From NCBI GenBank assembly GCA_012727955.1, contig JAAYGB010000008.1, forward strand, positions 2,111-66,110: 64,000 bases of DNA, written 5' to 3'. The stretch comes from Bacillota bacterium (GTDB taxonomy: Bacteria > Bacillota > Limnochordia > DTU087 > JAAYGB01). Every line of letters begins with the position of its first letter. Positions within the stretch are counted from its first letter, which is position 1. The position numbers and the translations under genes were made by a program. The notes under the pieces were generated by a model. It was given only the letters and a program-made list of their open reading frames with translations. It was not told where the DNA came from and did no database searches. Positions 7,264 to 17,699 of the stretch are shown here, one piece after another.

Positions 7264-8361
7264 TCATACCGGTACCGATGCTTCACTTAGTACCTCCACC
7301 GCCACCACTGCCGCGGCAGCGGCACCGGCAAAAAATACCGGGTCCTCATCCAAGCCCCGCCCCATGGTACTGAAGGTAAGCTCGGACTGACGCAGCCGTA
7401 CCATGGGCTCAGTAACGTCCACCCAGTGCAAGCGATGCAGTCGGTCTAGGTCAGCCTCCGCGACTTGGGCCTTTAGTTGGGTCAGCTGCGGTTCCGGCAG
7501 TTGTGGCAGGGCGAGCTCACACCGGTGGTGGGTAAGGCGACCGAGGGCGGTCAAAGTGTGATGACTCATCCCTCGATGTCGCTCTCGGGGATCGGCCCAA
7601 CTCATCCGAGGGATGGCAATGGGACGCCCCTCCAGAAGAGAAACAGCATCGATAATTGCCGCCTGCTCCAAAGCCGTAGTCCCCAGCAATGTTCCTGTCC
7701 CTACGACACCCGGTCCCATCAAAACCACAGCAACATCGGCCTTTGCCACATATTTAGCCGCAATGAGAGCCGAGAAAACATTGATGGCCTCATAGTCTCC
7801 TCCCCAGGCATGCCCGTAGGTAATGGTTGCAGCCAAGTCTCCCCTTTCCTGTAGCTCCCTAACGGTCCGACTAAAGGCCAGGGGCAAAGCAGCACCATCG
7901 GTCATGATGTAGGCAATCCTTGTCTTTGGTGCGCCGCCCTTAATCACCGTTACCACCGGGGCCAGCATACTGTGCAGGGTTCCCACCACTACCGGCATAT
8001 CCTCCAGGGTGCGCCAGGTGGTAAACTCGTGATGGTGGGGACTGTCCTCTTCCTCGACACTGAGCACCGGTAGCTGACAGGGAGTATATCGCAGTTTCAT
8101 GATGTGGCCCGGCCGATCCGGCACCGGGTCCGGCGATGAATCAACTGCCATCACAAAATGATAGCCCCCGGTCCCCAGTCCCAGATCAACGGCCGTTGTA
8201 TTGAGAATAACTTCCATCCCCGGTTGCCCATCGCCAACCAATTCCCGATACCCCAGGGCCTTCGCCTCTTCCCCTTGCCCCTCGATGCTGACCTGAGCTT
8301 CCCAAACCTCTGGCGAAATCCAGGTTACAGACTTAATTACTCCCCTGCGCCGATGGATCAC
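7264..8361 (-). CDS. DUF3866 family protein (function unknown)
   Basis: ILNTTAVDLGLGTGGYHFV, GHIMKLRYTPCQ and IAYIMTDGAALP match my recollection of the conserved DUF3866 blocks. Family assignment is from memory only. Confidence 0.55.
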   Translation of the reverse strand: MIHRRRGVIKSVTWISPEVWEAQVSIEGQGEEAKALGYRELVGDGQPGMEVILNTTAVDLGLGTGGYHFVMAVDSSPDPVPDRPGHIMKLRYTPCQLPVLSVEEEDSPHHHEFTTWRTLEDMPVVVGTLHSMLAPVVTVIKGGAPKTRIAYIMTDGAALPLAFSRTVRELQERGDLAATITYGHAWGGDYEAINVFSALIAAKYVAKADVAVVLMGPGVVGTGTLLGTTALEQAAIIDAVSLLEGRPIAIPRMSWADPRERHRGMSHHTLTALGRLTHHRCELALPQLPEPQLTQLKAQVAEADLDRLHRLHWVDVTEPMVRLRQSELTFSTMGRGLDEDPVFFAGAAAAAVVAVEVLSEASVPV

Positions 8362-8420
8362 AGACCGTCACCCCCGTCGATATTTACCTCAATCACCATT
8401 ATTGTTAGCGGTTACAAACA

Positions 8421-8459
8421 GAAAAAACCCACTTAGGTAAACCTAGATACCTAGCGGGT
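8421..8459 (-). terminator. Rho-independent terminator after pnp
   Basis: The minus strand reads ACCCGCTAGGTAtctaggttTACCTAAGTGGGTTTTTTC: a 12-bp stem with one bulge and one G-U pair, then T6. It lies 22 nt after the pnp stop. Confidence 0.65.
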
Positions 8460-8480
8460 CGTTTTCAGCTTTAGCTACTG

Positions 8481-10604
8481 CTATCTTTTTACGGGGCCTG
8501 GTCCATCATCGGGGCCCAGAGTATCCTTGTGGGACAAGTTAATTCGCCCCTGTCGATCGATCTCAATAACTTTGACCATCAATCGATCTCCTACGGAAAC
8601 TACATCTTCAACTTTGCCGATACGCTTGCGGCTCAACTTGGAGATGTGCACCAGTCCCTCTTTACCGGGCAGAACCTCCACGAAGGCGCCGAAGTCCATA
8701 ATCCGCTTGACTTCACCTAAGTAGGTCTCTCCCACCGCAACGTCCTTGACCAAGGTTTCAACTATCTCCCTTGCCCGATAACCCGATTCCATATCGGTGG
8801 AAGCGATGTAGACTCTGCCATCGTCCTCGATGTCGATGGAAACTCCGGTCTCATCGATAATCTTGCGGATGGTCTTGCCGCCGGAGCCAATCACATCCCG
8901 GATCTTCTCAACGGGAATCTCCAAGGTGATAATGCGAGGCGCCCAAGGCGACAGCTCACTGCGGGGCTTGTCGATGACCTCGGCCATCTTGTCGAGAATA
9001 AAGAGTCTTCCCGCTCGAGCCTGCTCTAAAGCTCGGCCTAGGATCTCTCGTCCCACTCCGCTGATCTTCATATCCATTTGCAGAGCGGTGATTCCATCCC
9101 GGGTGCCCGCGACCTTGAAGTCCATATCCCCAAGATGGTCCTCCATCCCTTGAATGTCGGTGAGGATGGTGATGTTGTCACCCTTTTTCACCAATCCCAT
9201 GGCAATTCCCGCCACCGGTTTGCGAATCGGGACTCCGGCATCCATCAAAGCCAAGGTACTACCGCAGACACTGGCCTGAGAACTGGAGCCGTTGGATTCC
9301 AACACCTCAGAGACCAGGCGAATGGTATAGGGAAACTCCTCCGGCGGTGGAATAACCGGCAGTAAAGCCCGCTCAGCCAAAGCACCATGACCGATTTCCC
9401 GTCTGCCAGGGGACCGCATTGGGCGAGTTTCGCCGACACTGTAGGGTGGGAAATTGTAGTGGTGAATATAGCGTTTATGATCCTCATCACCAAGGTCATC
9501 CAGTACCTGGGCATCGGACTTGACTCCTAGGGCACAGGCCGTCAGAACCTGAGTCTGTCCCCGAGTAAAGAGTCCCGATCCATGGGCACGGGGCAACAGC
9601 CCAACTTCGCAGGTAATTGGTCTGATCTCATCAAGACCACGACCATCGGGACGCCTGTGGTCCACGGTAATCATCCGCCGGACTTCTTCCTTGACGATGT
9701 CATCGAGGATGGAAGCTAAGTCACCGGCCTTCTCAGCGGCAGTTTCTTCACCAAACTCTGCAACAAAACGAGCCGCTATCTCTTCCTTGGCTGCGTCAAT
9801 GGCATCCTGCCGGGTCAGCTTGTCGGCCTCGTCGACAGCGGCGGCCAATTTGTCGGCGCCATTGCTTTGCACCCACTGGGCTACCGCGGGATCGGGCTGA
9901 TGCAAGGTAACTTCCAGCTTCTCCTTGCCAACCTCCGCCATCATCTGTTCCTGCCAAGCTACAATCTCCTTGATCACCTCATGGCCATACATGATGGCAT
10001 CAAGCATAACCTCTTCCGATACTTCATCGGCTCCTGCTTCCACCATCATGATCGCATCCTTGGTTCCGGCCACCACTAGGTTAAGGTCTGATTCTGCCAG
10101 TTCCTCGGAGGAGGGATTAATCACAAACTCACCCTTGAGGCGACCAATTCGCACACCACCGATGGGCCCCTCAAAGGGAATATCGGAAATACTCAGGGCC
10201 GCAGAGGCTCCGATCATTGCCGCAATATCCGCGGGATTCTCGTTATCCACGGACATGACGGTACAGACTACCTGAACATCATTACGAAAGCCCTCGGGAA
10301 ATAGTGGACGCAACGGGCGATCGATCATGCGAGCCGCGAGAACGGCACCCTCACTGGGTCTTCCTTCTCTACGGGCCCAGCCACCGGGAATCCGCCCAAT
10401 GGCATACATTCGCTCCTCATAGTCCACTAGGAGTGGGAAGAAGTCAATTCCCTCCCGAGGCTGACTGGACATGGTGGCGGTAACTAAAACCACCGTCTCA
10501 CCATATCTCACCATGACCGCACCGTTGGCTTGTCCAGCCACTCGACCGGTTTCGACGGTGATTGGGCGCCCTCCTAACTCCATTGAAAACTCTTTCAACT
10601 CCAT
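8481..10604 (-). CDS. pnp: Polyribonucleotide nucleotidyltransferase (PNPase)
   Basis: 707 aa. Two RNase PH domains ([19 protein letters not shown]..., [13 protein letters not shown]), a KH domain ([16 protein letters not shown]) and an S1 domain ([20 protein letters not shown]). Confidence 0.97.
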   Translation of the reverse strand: MELKEFSMELGGRPITVETGRVAGQANGAVMVRYGETVVLVTATMSSQPREGIDFFPLLVDYEERMYAIGRIPGGWARREGRPSEGAVLAARMIDRPLRPLFPEGFRNDVQVVCTVMSVDNENPADIAAMIGASAALSISDIPFEGPIGGVRIGRLKGEFVINPSSEELAESDLNLVVAGTKDAIMMVEAGADEVSEEVMLDAIMYGHEVIKEIVAWQEQMMAEVGKEKLEVTLHQPDPAVAQWVQSNGADKLAAAVDEADKLTRQDAIDAAKEEIAARFVAEFGEETAAEKAGDLASILDDIVKEEVRRMITVDHRRPDGRGLDEIRPITCEVGLLPRAHGSGLFTRGQTQVLTACALGVKSDAQVLDDLGDEDHKRYIHHYNFPPYSVGETRPMRSPGRREIGHGALAERALLPVIPPPEEFPYTIRLVSEVLESNGSSSQASVCGSTLALMDAGVPIRKPVAGIAMGLVKKGDNITILTDIQGMEDHLGDMDFKVAGTRDGITALQMDMKISGVGREILGRALEQARAGRLFILDKMAEVIDKPRSELSPWAPRIITLEIPVEKIRDVIGSGGKTIRKIIDETGVSIDIEDDGRVYIASTDMESGYRAREIVETLVKDVAVGETYLGEVKRIMDFGAFVEVLPGKEGLVHISKLSRKRIGKVEDVVSVGDRLMVKVIEIDRQGRINLSHKDTLGPDDGPGPVKR

Positions 10605-10762
10605 TTGTTAACCTCCCATGTTCTTGTCCTACCTGTTGGAATGACTCTCAAGTTAAACTGCTGGTCCCTTGATGGTCATCCTATCAGATCCTACATCCTT
10701 ATTCTATCCCTAGATTGTAGAAAAAAGTTAGCTTTGGAAGACAGGATTCAGGGCTACATCGT

Positions 10763-10793
10763 GAAAAAGGCAGGGTTTACTTAGACCCTGCCT
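10763..10793 (-). terminator. Rho-independent terminator after rpsO (upstream of pnp)
   Basis: The minus strand reads GGCAGGGTctaagtaaACCCTGCCTTTTTC: an 8-bp GC-rich stem (10769-10776 pairs with 10785-10792) plus T5. The rpsO terminator preceding pnp is a classic arrangement. Confidence 0.8.
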
Positions 10794-10818
10794 CACTCAA
10801 GCCATGATAGAATTTCCG

Positions 10819-11088
10819 TTATCGTCTAATGCCTAACTTGTCGCAAATAGCCCGATAGCGTTCGACATCCTTCTTCCGCAGATAGTTAAGTAACCCGCGG
10901 CGGCGTCCGATCATCTTAAGCATACCTCTTCTGGAGTGGTAGTCCTTCTTGTGAACCTTAAGATGCTCCGTCAAGTCAGCAATCCGACGAGTCAAAATCG
11001 CAATCTGCACTTCAGGCGATCCGGTATCGGATTCATGAATCTGATTTTCTACGATGATTTCCTGCTTGATATCCTTTTGTAGAGTCAT
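10819..11088 (-). CDS. rpsO: 30S ribosomal protein S15
   Basis: [12 protein letters not shown]...[50 protein letters not shown]. The start at 11088 is preceded by GGAGGTGA. Confidence 0.95.
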   Translation of the reverse strand: MTLQKDIKQEIIVENQIHESDTGSPEVQIAILTRRIADLTEHLKVHKKDYHSRRGMLKMIGRRRGLLNYLRKKDVERYRAICDKLGIRR

Positions 11089-11193
11089 TCCTGTCACCTC
11101 CAAGTCTAAATCGCCACTGGCCCAGATCCTCGTCGAGGCTACGCAAGACCGAGCCAGAGGTTCAGCGGGGAGTCGATAATACCTCCCTCGAAG

Positions 11194-11222
11194 AATATAT
11201 CATGAACTGGAACAATGTGCAA
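11194..11222 (-). promoter_or_regulatory. Candidate sigma-A promoter for rpsO
   Basis: The minus strand has TTGCAC (11222-11217), a 17-nt spacer, then TATATT (11199-11194). Confidence 0.5.
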
Positions 11223-11237
11223 GACTAAAGGCGCTCC

Positions 11238-12227
11238 TTACCGATATTCCTCCAGGAGCACTCTAGCTGTGGCCTTGTCCTGCTCCACCTGCTTCACCAG
11301 ATCAGCTACGGCTTCGAAGCGGTAGATTGGCCTTAAGTACTGGATAAACTCCAGACGCAAGTTGCGGCCATAGAGGTCTCCGCTGAAATCCAATAGGTGT
11401 ACTTCAACGGTCCGCTGTTTCTCATCAAAGGTGGGATTGTGGCTGATGGACAACACTCCCGTGAACCACTGATCCCTCCCGTTCAATCCTTGGACTTCAG
11501 CTCCGCCCCCGCCTAAATATCCCTCGGGTAGATACACCTTGACGGCGTAGACTCCATCGGCAGGCACAATTTTGTGAGCATCAACCTGGATGTTGGCAGT
11601 GGGAAAGCCTAGTTTTCTGCCCCGTTGTTTCCCGGGAACCACGATCCCCTGCAGGGAATACTCCCGCTGCAGCAACTTAGCAGCTGCTTCTACATTCCCC
11701 TCCTCCTGGAGGAGGCGACGGATCTTGGTACTGGACACGCGAGCCCCCTCCCGTTCCACGGGAGCCACTACCAAAACAGAAAAACCGAACTTCTTGCCCA
11801 GTTGCTTCATCAACGCCATATCACCGCTGGCCCGATGACCAAAGCGATAGTCGTGCCCGGCGACAACTTCTTTGACCTGCAATCGCTGGACTAGGATCTC
11901 CTCAACAAACTCTTCCGGAGACATCGAGGCAAATTCCTGATTGAATCCAACGGTCACTACTCGATTAACCCCCGAAGCCAACAACAAGTCGATCCTTTCC
12001 GGTAACGTGGTCAGCAATTGGGGCGGCTCCTCTTTGGATATCACCACCAGGGGATGTTGGTCCAAGGTCAGTACCATACTGGTACCACCGTGACTTTGCG
12101 CCCGTTCCTGCACCAGATCCAAGATCACCTGATGGCCCAAGTGAACACCATCAAAAAAACCTAAGGCCACTACTGGATAGGGCAAACCTTGTTCGATGGA
12201 ATCTACCGTTCTGTAACCATTCTCCAC
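11238..12227 (-). CDS. ribF: Bifunctional riboflavin kinase / FMN adenylyltransferase
   Basis: VVALGFFDGVHLGHQ (adenylyltransferase motif), and GKQRGRKLGFPTANI with PTFDEKQRTVEVHLLDFSGDLYG (kinase domain). Confidence 0.93.
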   Translation of the reverse strand: MENGYRTVDSIEQGLPYPVVALGFFDGVHLGHQVILDLVQERAQSHGGTSMVLTLDQHPLVVISKEEPPQLLTTLPERIDLLLASGVNRVVTVGFNQEFASMSPEEFVEEILVQRLQVKEVVAGHDYRFGHRASGDMALMKQLGKKFGFSVLVVAPVEREGARVSSTKIRRLLQEEGNVEAAAKLLQREYSLQGIVVPGKQRGRKLGFPTANIQVDAHKIVPADGVYAVKVYLPEGYLGGGGAEVQGLNGRDQWFTGVLSISHNPTFDEKQRTVEVHLLDFSGDLYGRNLRLEFIQYLRPIYRFEAVADLVKQVEQDKATARVLLEEYR

Positions 12228-12288
12228 AGTGCTCTCTCCCTGCCGCAGTGCTACTGGCGACTACTCAATCCCGAACCGGGCTCCTGGG

Positions 12289-13293
12289 TTAGATCAACAC
12301 CTTTACAGGCTGAAGCCTAACCTTCTCCTCATCCCTTGTCGCAACTTGAGCAATACAGACTTCTCTTCCAGCTCCATTTTTCACAAACACCTTCGTCCCC
12401 AGGGCAAATTCCTGACTCTGTTCCACCTGTACATCGACAGCTCCCCCATGGCCCAGGCGCCGGGACTGCCGGTCATCGACAGTCAACAAGGGCATCCCTG
12501 GCAAGCCAAATTCAATGGGAAGAGCATACTCCAGAGCTCCTTCTGCGGATCCGGCCTTATCCACTATCTCTTCCCATTCCTCTAAGGTCTTGGCGTGATG
12601 CAGCAAGAAGGGGCCAGACCGAGTCCGCAGCAAGAAGGACATATAGGCGCCGCAACCCAAGGCCTTGCCCAGGTCATGGCACAGAGTCCGAACATAGGTT
12701 CCCCGGGAACACCAGACCTCAAACATGATCCTTCCGCCACTACCTTCGGGCACGGGATCGATTCTATTGGCGGGGGTAAACTCCCCCACTATATCGGCCA
12801 GAGGAACCTCCAGGAACATCATCTGTGGTCGCACTTCCACTAGCCTCAGGCAGTGGATGGTGGCCCGTCGGGGCCGACGGGGAACTTCCTGACCCTTTCG
12901 GGCTAACTCATACAATCGACGACCCTTGTATTTAACGGCGGATACCATCGGAGGAATCTGCTCGATGGGTCCCGTCATAGCAGCAAGAGCTTGCTCGATG
13001 ACGGCTAGCGATGGGCAACCGGACTTCACCTCGAGGATCTTGCCTGCCTGATCCTGCGTATCGGTAACGATCCCTAAGGTACATTCTGCTTTATAGGCCT
13101 TGGTTTCCCCTTCCATGTACTCCAAGACCTTAGTCGCTGGGCCCACGGCCAGTACCAGCACCCCGGCGGCTCCAGGATCCAAGGTCCCGGTGTGACCGAT
13201 CCTGCGAATCCCAAATAACCGTCGAGCCCAATTAACAACATCGTGGGACGACATTCCCGGAGGTTTGTTGACACATACAAACCCACCCCCCAT
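12289..13293 (-). CDS. truB: tRNA pseudouridine(55) synthase TruB with C-terminal PUA-like region
   Basis: GFVCVNKPPGMSSHDVV, the catalytic motif GHTGTLDPGAAGVL, and QIPPMVSAVKYKGRRLYELAR. Confidence 0.93.
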   Translation of the reverse strand: MGGGFVCVNKPPGMSSHDVVNWARRLFGIRRIGHTGTLDPGAAGVLVLAVGPATKVLEYMEGETKAYKAECTLGIVTDTQDQAGKILEVKSGCPSLAVIEQALAAMTGPIEQIPPMVSAVKYKGRRLYELARKGQEVPRRPRRATIHCLRLVEVRPQMMFLEVPLADIVGEFTPANRIDPVPEGSGGRIMFEVWCSRGTYVRTLCHDLGKALGCGAYMSFLLRTRSGPFLLHHAKTLEEWEEIVDKAGSAEGALEYALPIEFGLPGMPLLTVDDRQSRRLGHGGAVDVQVEQSQEFALGTKVFVKNGAGREVCIAQVATRDEEKVRLQPVKVLI

Positions 13294-13309
13294 GGGTCAC
13301 CCACCTTTC

Positions 13310-14317
13310 CTAATCCATGAACTGGTCGATGGCAGCTAACACCCGATCTCTTGTCTCGTCTAGATTAGCCGTCACCGTACAGCCCGCGGCCTTCCGATGT
13401 CCTCCTCCTCCAAGGCTGGCTGCCACCTGACTGACATCAACCTCGGCCTTAGAACGCAAACTGACCTTGCACACTCCGGGGGCTATTTCCCGAATCAAAG
13501 CGGCCACTTCAACCCCCTGGATCATCCGGGCATAGCGTACGATCCGCTCCGACTCCATTTGAATCTCCTTCATCTTGGTGACCAGTTCCAAGGGAATTTC
13601 GATCCAGGCCACCCTCCCATCATCGGAGCGATGCAGTCGCTGCAGGACGCGACACAACATCCCGGGAAACTCAAAAGGAACGGTTTCAAAGAGTTGTTGA
13701 TGAATTTCTTCGCTGTTGGCGCCAACCTCCAGCAATTGGGCAGCAAAGCGATGGGTCTCAGGGGTGGTGTTACCGTAGGCGAAGGATCCGGTGTCGCCAA
13801 TCAGACCGGCCAGAAGACATTGAGCACTTTCTCCCGTCAGAGGAACCTGCAGCTGTGCCAACAGCTGTCCAATCAGCTCCGCGGTAGCCGCAGCTTGGGG
13901 AACAAGGACTTTGTGGTCCACCTGGGCTTCATTACTAACGTGATGATCAATGTTTACCACCACGATATCGCCCAATTCCTCCGGAAGAATCCCGCCGGTG
14001 CGTTCCGGCTCGCAATCCACCACGACTAGAGTATCGAACCGGCGATCATCGCCCAATAGATTCTTCTGACCCCGTCCCAGGGTTAGAATTTCGTCGGCCC
14101 CCGACAGAAACCTAAGGTAGTGGGGGACCTCATCGGCCATCACCACTACAGGTTGCTTGTCCAGGGACAGCAACCCATGCCACACAGCAAGGCAAGAGCC
14201 GATACTGTCGGGATCGGGGTCGATATGGGAGGTGATCGCTATCCGCTGCCCACGACGCAAGGCGGTAACTACGGCATCCCATTGGGCCCTTTGTTCGTGG
14301 TCCCCGCTATGCCTGTT
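13310..14317 (-). CDS. nrnA: DHH/DHHA1 phosphoesterase (NrnA-like bifunctional oligoribonuclease / pAp phosphatase)
   Basis: ORF 13310..14407. [14 protein letters not shown], the DHH motif NIDHHVSN, and the DHHA1 motif [12 protein letters not shown] chose MNRHSG (14317) as the start. The longer ORF would overlap rbfA by 100 nt. Confidence 0.8.
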   Translation of the reverse strand, partial: NRHSGDHEQRAQWDAVVTALRRGQRIAITSHIDPDPDSIGSCLAVWHGLLSLDKQPVVVMADEVPHYLRFLSGADEILTLGRGQKNLLGDDRRFDTLVVVDCEPERTGGILPEELGDIVVVNIDHHVSNEAQVDHKVLVPQAAATAELIGQLLAQLQVPLTGESAQCLLAGLIGDTGSFAYGNTTPETHRFAAQLLEVGANSEEIHQQLFETVPFEFPGMLCRVLQRLHRSDDGRVAWIEIPLELVTKMKEIQMESERIVRYARMIQGVEVAALIREIAPGVCKVSLRSKAEVDVSQVAASLGGGGHRKAAGCTVTANLDETRDRVLAAIDQFMD

Positions 14318-14705
14318 CATCTTCAGCCTCATCCTCAGTGGTAGTCGTCCCATCGACCTCGTCCTCTGTCCGAATCGTCCGCAGCAACTCATTGATGCGA
14401 GCCCCATACTCTAGGGAACTATCAAAGACAAACATTATCTCCGGTGTATGATGCAAGCGGACTCTCTTACCGATCTCCGTTCGCACATGCCCCTTAGCAT
14501 GGTTGAGAGCCTTCATGGTAGCCTCCTTGGCTTCATCGGTCCCATAGACGCTGACATAGGCCTTAACATGCCGAAGGTCACTGGAGACCTCTACATCGGT
14601 GACGGTGGTGAATCCAATGCGAGGATCCTTGAGTTTTTGGATGATATCCCCAAGTTCCCCCTTGATTGCCTCGCGTACTCGTTCAACTCGTTGTTGTCTG
14701 GCCAT
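14307..14705 (-). CDS. rbfA: Ribosome-binding factor A
   Basis: [48 protein letters not shown]...[12 protein letters not shown], followed by an acidic C-terminal tail. Confidence 0.92.
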   Translation of the reverse strand: MARQQRVERVREAIKGELGDIIQKLKDPRIGFTTVTDVEVSSDLRHVKAYVSVYGTDEAKEATMKALNHAKGHVRTEIGKRVRLHHTPEIMFVFDSSLEYGARINELLRTIRTEDEVDGTTTTEDEAEDEQA

Positions 14706-14863
14706 CTGACATCCTCCCTTGTGCGGTCATAGCAGCGAGAATCCCTTGACTTTACAGAGACTGAACCGGGCAGTAGCCCGGTTCCAGAGCCGAACTTCAA
14801 TCCAATTGTCTAAAACCGCACTACAGCGGCGGGACCATGCCCGCAGCCCAGCTTCCTGTGGTC

Positions 14864-16984
14864 CTATAGTTTGCGAGCTACAGGCTCCATGACAAAGGCT
14901 TCAATGATGTCGCCTTCTTTAATGTCATTAAATCGCTCAATGCCAATACCACATTCGTAGTTGGTAGCTACTTCTCGCACGTCGTCCTTGAATCTGCGCA
15001 AGGAAGAAATCCGTCCCTCATGAATCACAATATTATCTCGCAATACCCTGACCTCGGCGTTGCGAGCGATTTTCCCGTCGATCACATAACTTCCCGCAAC
15101 GGTTCCAACTCCAGGCACTCTAAAGGTCTGTCTCACCTCAGCCTGGCCTAGGATTACTTCCTTGTAGTCCGGCTCAAGCATGCCCTCCAAGGCGGCCTTG
15201 ACGTCTTCGATAGCATCATAGATTACACGGTACAACCGAATATCCACTTCTTCCCGTTCTGCAGCCTTGCGGGCTGAAGCGTCGGGACGGACATTGAACC
15301 CGATAATCACCGCGTTGGAAGCAGCAGCAAAGTTAACGTCGGTTTCCGACACAGCTCCGACGCCACCGTGAATCACGTTGATCCTAACTTCTTCATTGGA
15401 CAATTTCTGCAGCGACTGACTCATCGCCTCTACAGAGCCTTGAACGTCGGCCTTGATGATCACGTTTAGCTCCTTGATCTTACCTGCGCTGATCTGGCTA
15501 AACAGCTCATCCAAGGTTACAGGGCCGGTCTTCCTCAGTTCAACTTCTCGTATCTCTGCGGCCCGAGCTTCTGCTACCTGGCGGGCAGTCTTTTCGTCTT
15601 CGACGACCACCATCACATCGCCGGCCTGGGGAACATCATTAAAGCCAAGAATCTCTACCGGTGTAGAAGGACCAGCCTCTTCCACCCTCTGACCCAGATG
15701 GTTCATCATCGCCCTGACCCGACCATAGACTTCCCCGGACACGATGGAATCTCCCACACGTACGGTACCCTTTCTGACTAGTACTGTAGCCACAGGCCCC
15801 CGGCCCCGATCCAATTCCGCCTCGATGACATTTCCTCGTCCCGGCCGGTTAGGATTGGCCTTCAGCTCACGCATTTCGGCCACCAGGAGGATCATCTCCA
15901 GCAGTTCATCGAGATTCTCTCGCCGCAGAGCGGAAATATTGACACAAATAGTGTCGCCGCCCCACTCTTCGGGGATCAAGCCATGCTCTGTCAATTCCTG
16001 TTTCACCCGGTCGGGATTAGCATTTTCCCGATCACACTTATTGACAGCCACGATAATGGGAACGTCGGCTGCCTTGGCATGGTTAATGGCCTCCACCGTT
16101 TGCGGCATGACCCCATCATCCGCGGCTACAACTAAGACAGCAATATCCGTGACCTGCGCTCCCCGGGACCGCATAGCGGTAAAGGCCTCATGTCCCGGGG
16201 TATCCAAGAAGGTGATCTTGCGACCATCGATCTCGACCTGGTAAGCACCGATGTGCTGGGTAATCCCCCCGGCCTCCTGAGCCGCCACTTTGGTTTCTCG
16301 AATGGCATCTAGCAAAGTGGTTTTACCATGGTCAACGTGACCCATGATGGTAACCACGGGCGGCCGTTCCCGCAGATCCTCCTCGGCGTCTTCAATGTCC
16401 TCCATCGGATCAACCGCGGGCGGCGCAGACTCTTTCACAGAAATTCCAAACTTATCTGCCAGCAGCACAGCGGTGTCTCGATCCACATTCTGATTCACCG
16501 TAGCCATAATTCCCTCTTGCATCAAGGCTTTAATCAGCTGTGCTGCGGGAATACCAAATAGAGCCGACAGATCTCTGACCGTTGCCGGCATCGAGATCTC
16601 GACCTCTTTCTTAGTGTCGGATTGAGATCGCGAGTCTCGCCGCTGATCCTGAGCCCCGGACCTGCGATCCTGATGACGCTTGCTCCGGCCTTTGGTCTTC
16701 TTCGAACCGCGATGGTTACTGCGCTTGCTTTCATCATCGGGCCTTGAGCTGGCCTTAATCTTTTCTCGAGTCGGTATGGAATCCGCCAGCTCATCATCTA
16801 ACATCGGATCCTCCGCTTCAACTGCGAAGTGATCCTTGATCATTTCTGCAATATCCTCTTCCACGGTGCTCATATGATTCTTAACATCGGCACCAAGCTC
16901 TTCCAAAAACTCTACTAGTTCTTTACTTTGAATCCCAATTTCCCGGGCTAGTTCATAGACTCTGACTTTCGACAAAAACATCAC
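14864..16984 (-). CDS. infB: Translation initiation factor IF-2
   Basis: [13 protein letters not shown] at the N-terminus and a G domain ([28 protein letters not shown]). The true start may be TTG at 16975, giving MSKVRVYEL. Confidence 0.97.
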   Translation of the reverse strand: MMFLSKVRVYELAREIGIQSKELVEFLEELGADVKNHMSTVEEDIAEMIKDHFAVEAEDPMLDDELADSIPTREKIKASSRPDDESKRSNHRGSKKTKGRSKRHQDRRSGAQDQRRDSRSQSDTKKEVEISMPATVRDLSALFGIPAAQLIKALMQEGIMATVNQNVDRDTAVLLADKFGISVKESAPPAVDPMEDIEDAEEDLRERPPVVTIMGHVDHGKTTLLDAIRETKVAAQEAGGITQHIGAYQVEIDGRKITFLDTPGHEAFTAMRSRGAQVTDIAVLVVAADDGVMPQTVEAINHAKAADVPIIVAVNKCDRENANPDRVKQELTEHGLIPEEWGGDTICVNISALRRENLDELLEMILLVAEMRELKANPNRPGRGNVIEAELDRGRGPVATVLVRKGTVRVGDSIVSGEVYGRVRAMMNHLGQRVEEAGPSTPVEILGFNDVPQAGDVMVVVEDEKTARQVAEARAAEIREVELRKTGPVTLDELFSQISAGKIKELNVIIKADVQGSVEAMSQSLQKLSNEEVRINVIHGGVGAVSETDVNFAAASNAVIIGFNVRPDASARKAAEREEVDIRLYRVIYDAIEDVKAALEGMLEPDYKEVILGQAEVRQTFRVPGVGTVAGSYVIDGKIARNAEVRVLRDNIVIHEGRISSLRRFKDDVREVATNYECGIGIERFNDIKEGDIIEAFVMEPVARKL

Positions 16985-17130
16985 TCCTAGCTATTCTCCC
17001 CTAACCCATGACTAAACAACCTCTCCTCGAATTACGTAGTTTTTTTGATCTAACCCTCCAAAACCGTTATTCCCATCACCATCTAACTCCCAAAGGGTCA
17101 ACGGGAAAGTTTCGTTATACGTATTGTTGG

Positions 17131-17427
17131 TTAGCTGGAAAGGGCTCGTTCCAACTGCTGAGCAAACTGCCGATCGGTCACTCCAACCACAGCCAAGGCA
17201 GACCTGCCTACCATCTGTCCCAGCTCATCCATGGTGGAAAACCGAACCAGGGGCAAAGTAAACTCGGTGGCCAAATACTCAAATTCCCCCACCGTCCCCT
17301 GAGCCGCATCCTCGGCCACAATCAACAGATGCACTCTGCCGGCAACAACTGCCTTCTTAACCGCTGTCCGGCCCATCACAATTCTCCCGGCAGCTCTAGC
17401 AAATCCCAACAGTGCCTGGGGCTTCAT
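17131..17427 (-). CDS. ylxQ: L7Ae/L30e-family RNA-binding protein YlxQ
   Basis: 98 aa, GFARAAGRIVMGRTAVKKAVVAGRVHLLIVAEDAA. It occupies the conserved position between ylxR and infB. Confidence 0.85.
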   Translation of the reverse strand: MKPQALLGFARAAGRIVMGRTAVKKAVVAGRVHLLIVAEDAAQGTVGEFEYLATEFTLPLVRFSTMDELGQMVGRSALAVVGVTDRQFAQQLERALSS

Positions 17428-17693
17428 ACCAATCCCCCAAACTCATCTCGCAGGATGCTTAGCTCCTCATCGCTTACGGAGCAGCGTAATGCCTTACCTA
17501 AGCCCTTCTTGGCGACGGCAGCATCGAAGCACTCCAGGTTACGGCACAGGTATGCCCCTCTGCCGTTTTTCTTTCCCGTGGTGTCCAGCTCAATGGACCC
17601 TTCGGTGGTCCTGACAATTCGAACTAGGTCCCTCTTATCCTGAACCGTGCGACATCCAATACAGGTTCGCTGTGGTTGCCTGCGAGGTCTCAT
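17424..17693 (-). CDS. ylxR: YlxR/RnpM (DUF448) RNA-binding protein
   Basis: RTCIGCRTVQDKRDLVRIV...GKKNGRGAYLC is the DUF448 signature. It lies immediately after nusA. Confidence 0.9.
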   Translation of the reverse strand: MRPRRQPQRTCIGCRTVQDKRDLVRIVRTTEGSIELDTTGKKNGRGAYLCRNLECFDAAVAKKGLGKALRCSVSDEELSILRDEFGGLV

Positions 17694-17699
17694 CTACCA

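Noticed and set aside
8158-8436. A 92-aa plus-strand ORF running from inside the DUF3866 gene into the pnp terminator region.
   Set aside because: It is mostly antisense to the DUF3866 N-terminus. The remainder covers the pnp terminator hairpin, and it has no RBS.
13397-14029. A class of long plus-strand ORFs lying antisense to recognised genes. This one is 210 aa. Others in the class are 17008-17643, 18483-19139, 24365-24922, 25714-26409, 34449-35096, 43587-44291, 49339-49998, 51368-51892, 59356-60075, 60032-60589 and 62085-62840.
   Set aside because: Each lies wholly inside, and antisense to, a strongly conserved gene (nrnA, ylxQ/ylxR, nusA, proS, ispG, rpsB/tsf, fliP/fliO, flgD, fliK, hslU, topA). 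Their translations are low-complexity and rich in Arg, Ser, Pro and Gly, with no recognisable motifs. This is the usual by-product of GC-rich third codon positions on the opposite strand.
14591-14800. A 69-aa minus-strand ORF spanning the rbfA 5' end and the infB-rbfA spacer, considered as a possible ylxP/DUF503 substitute.
   Set aside because: It overlaps rbfA out of frame by about 115 nt. It has no SD sequence and no similarity to DUF503 (about 90 aa, ferredoxin-like). Its composition is Arg/Ser/Gly-rich.
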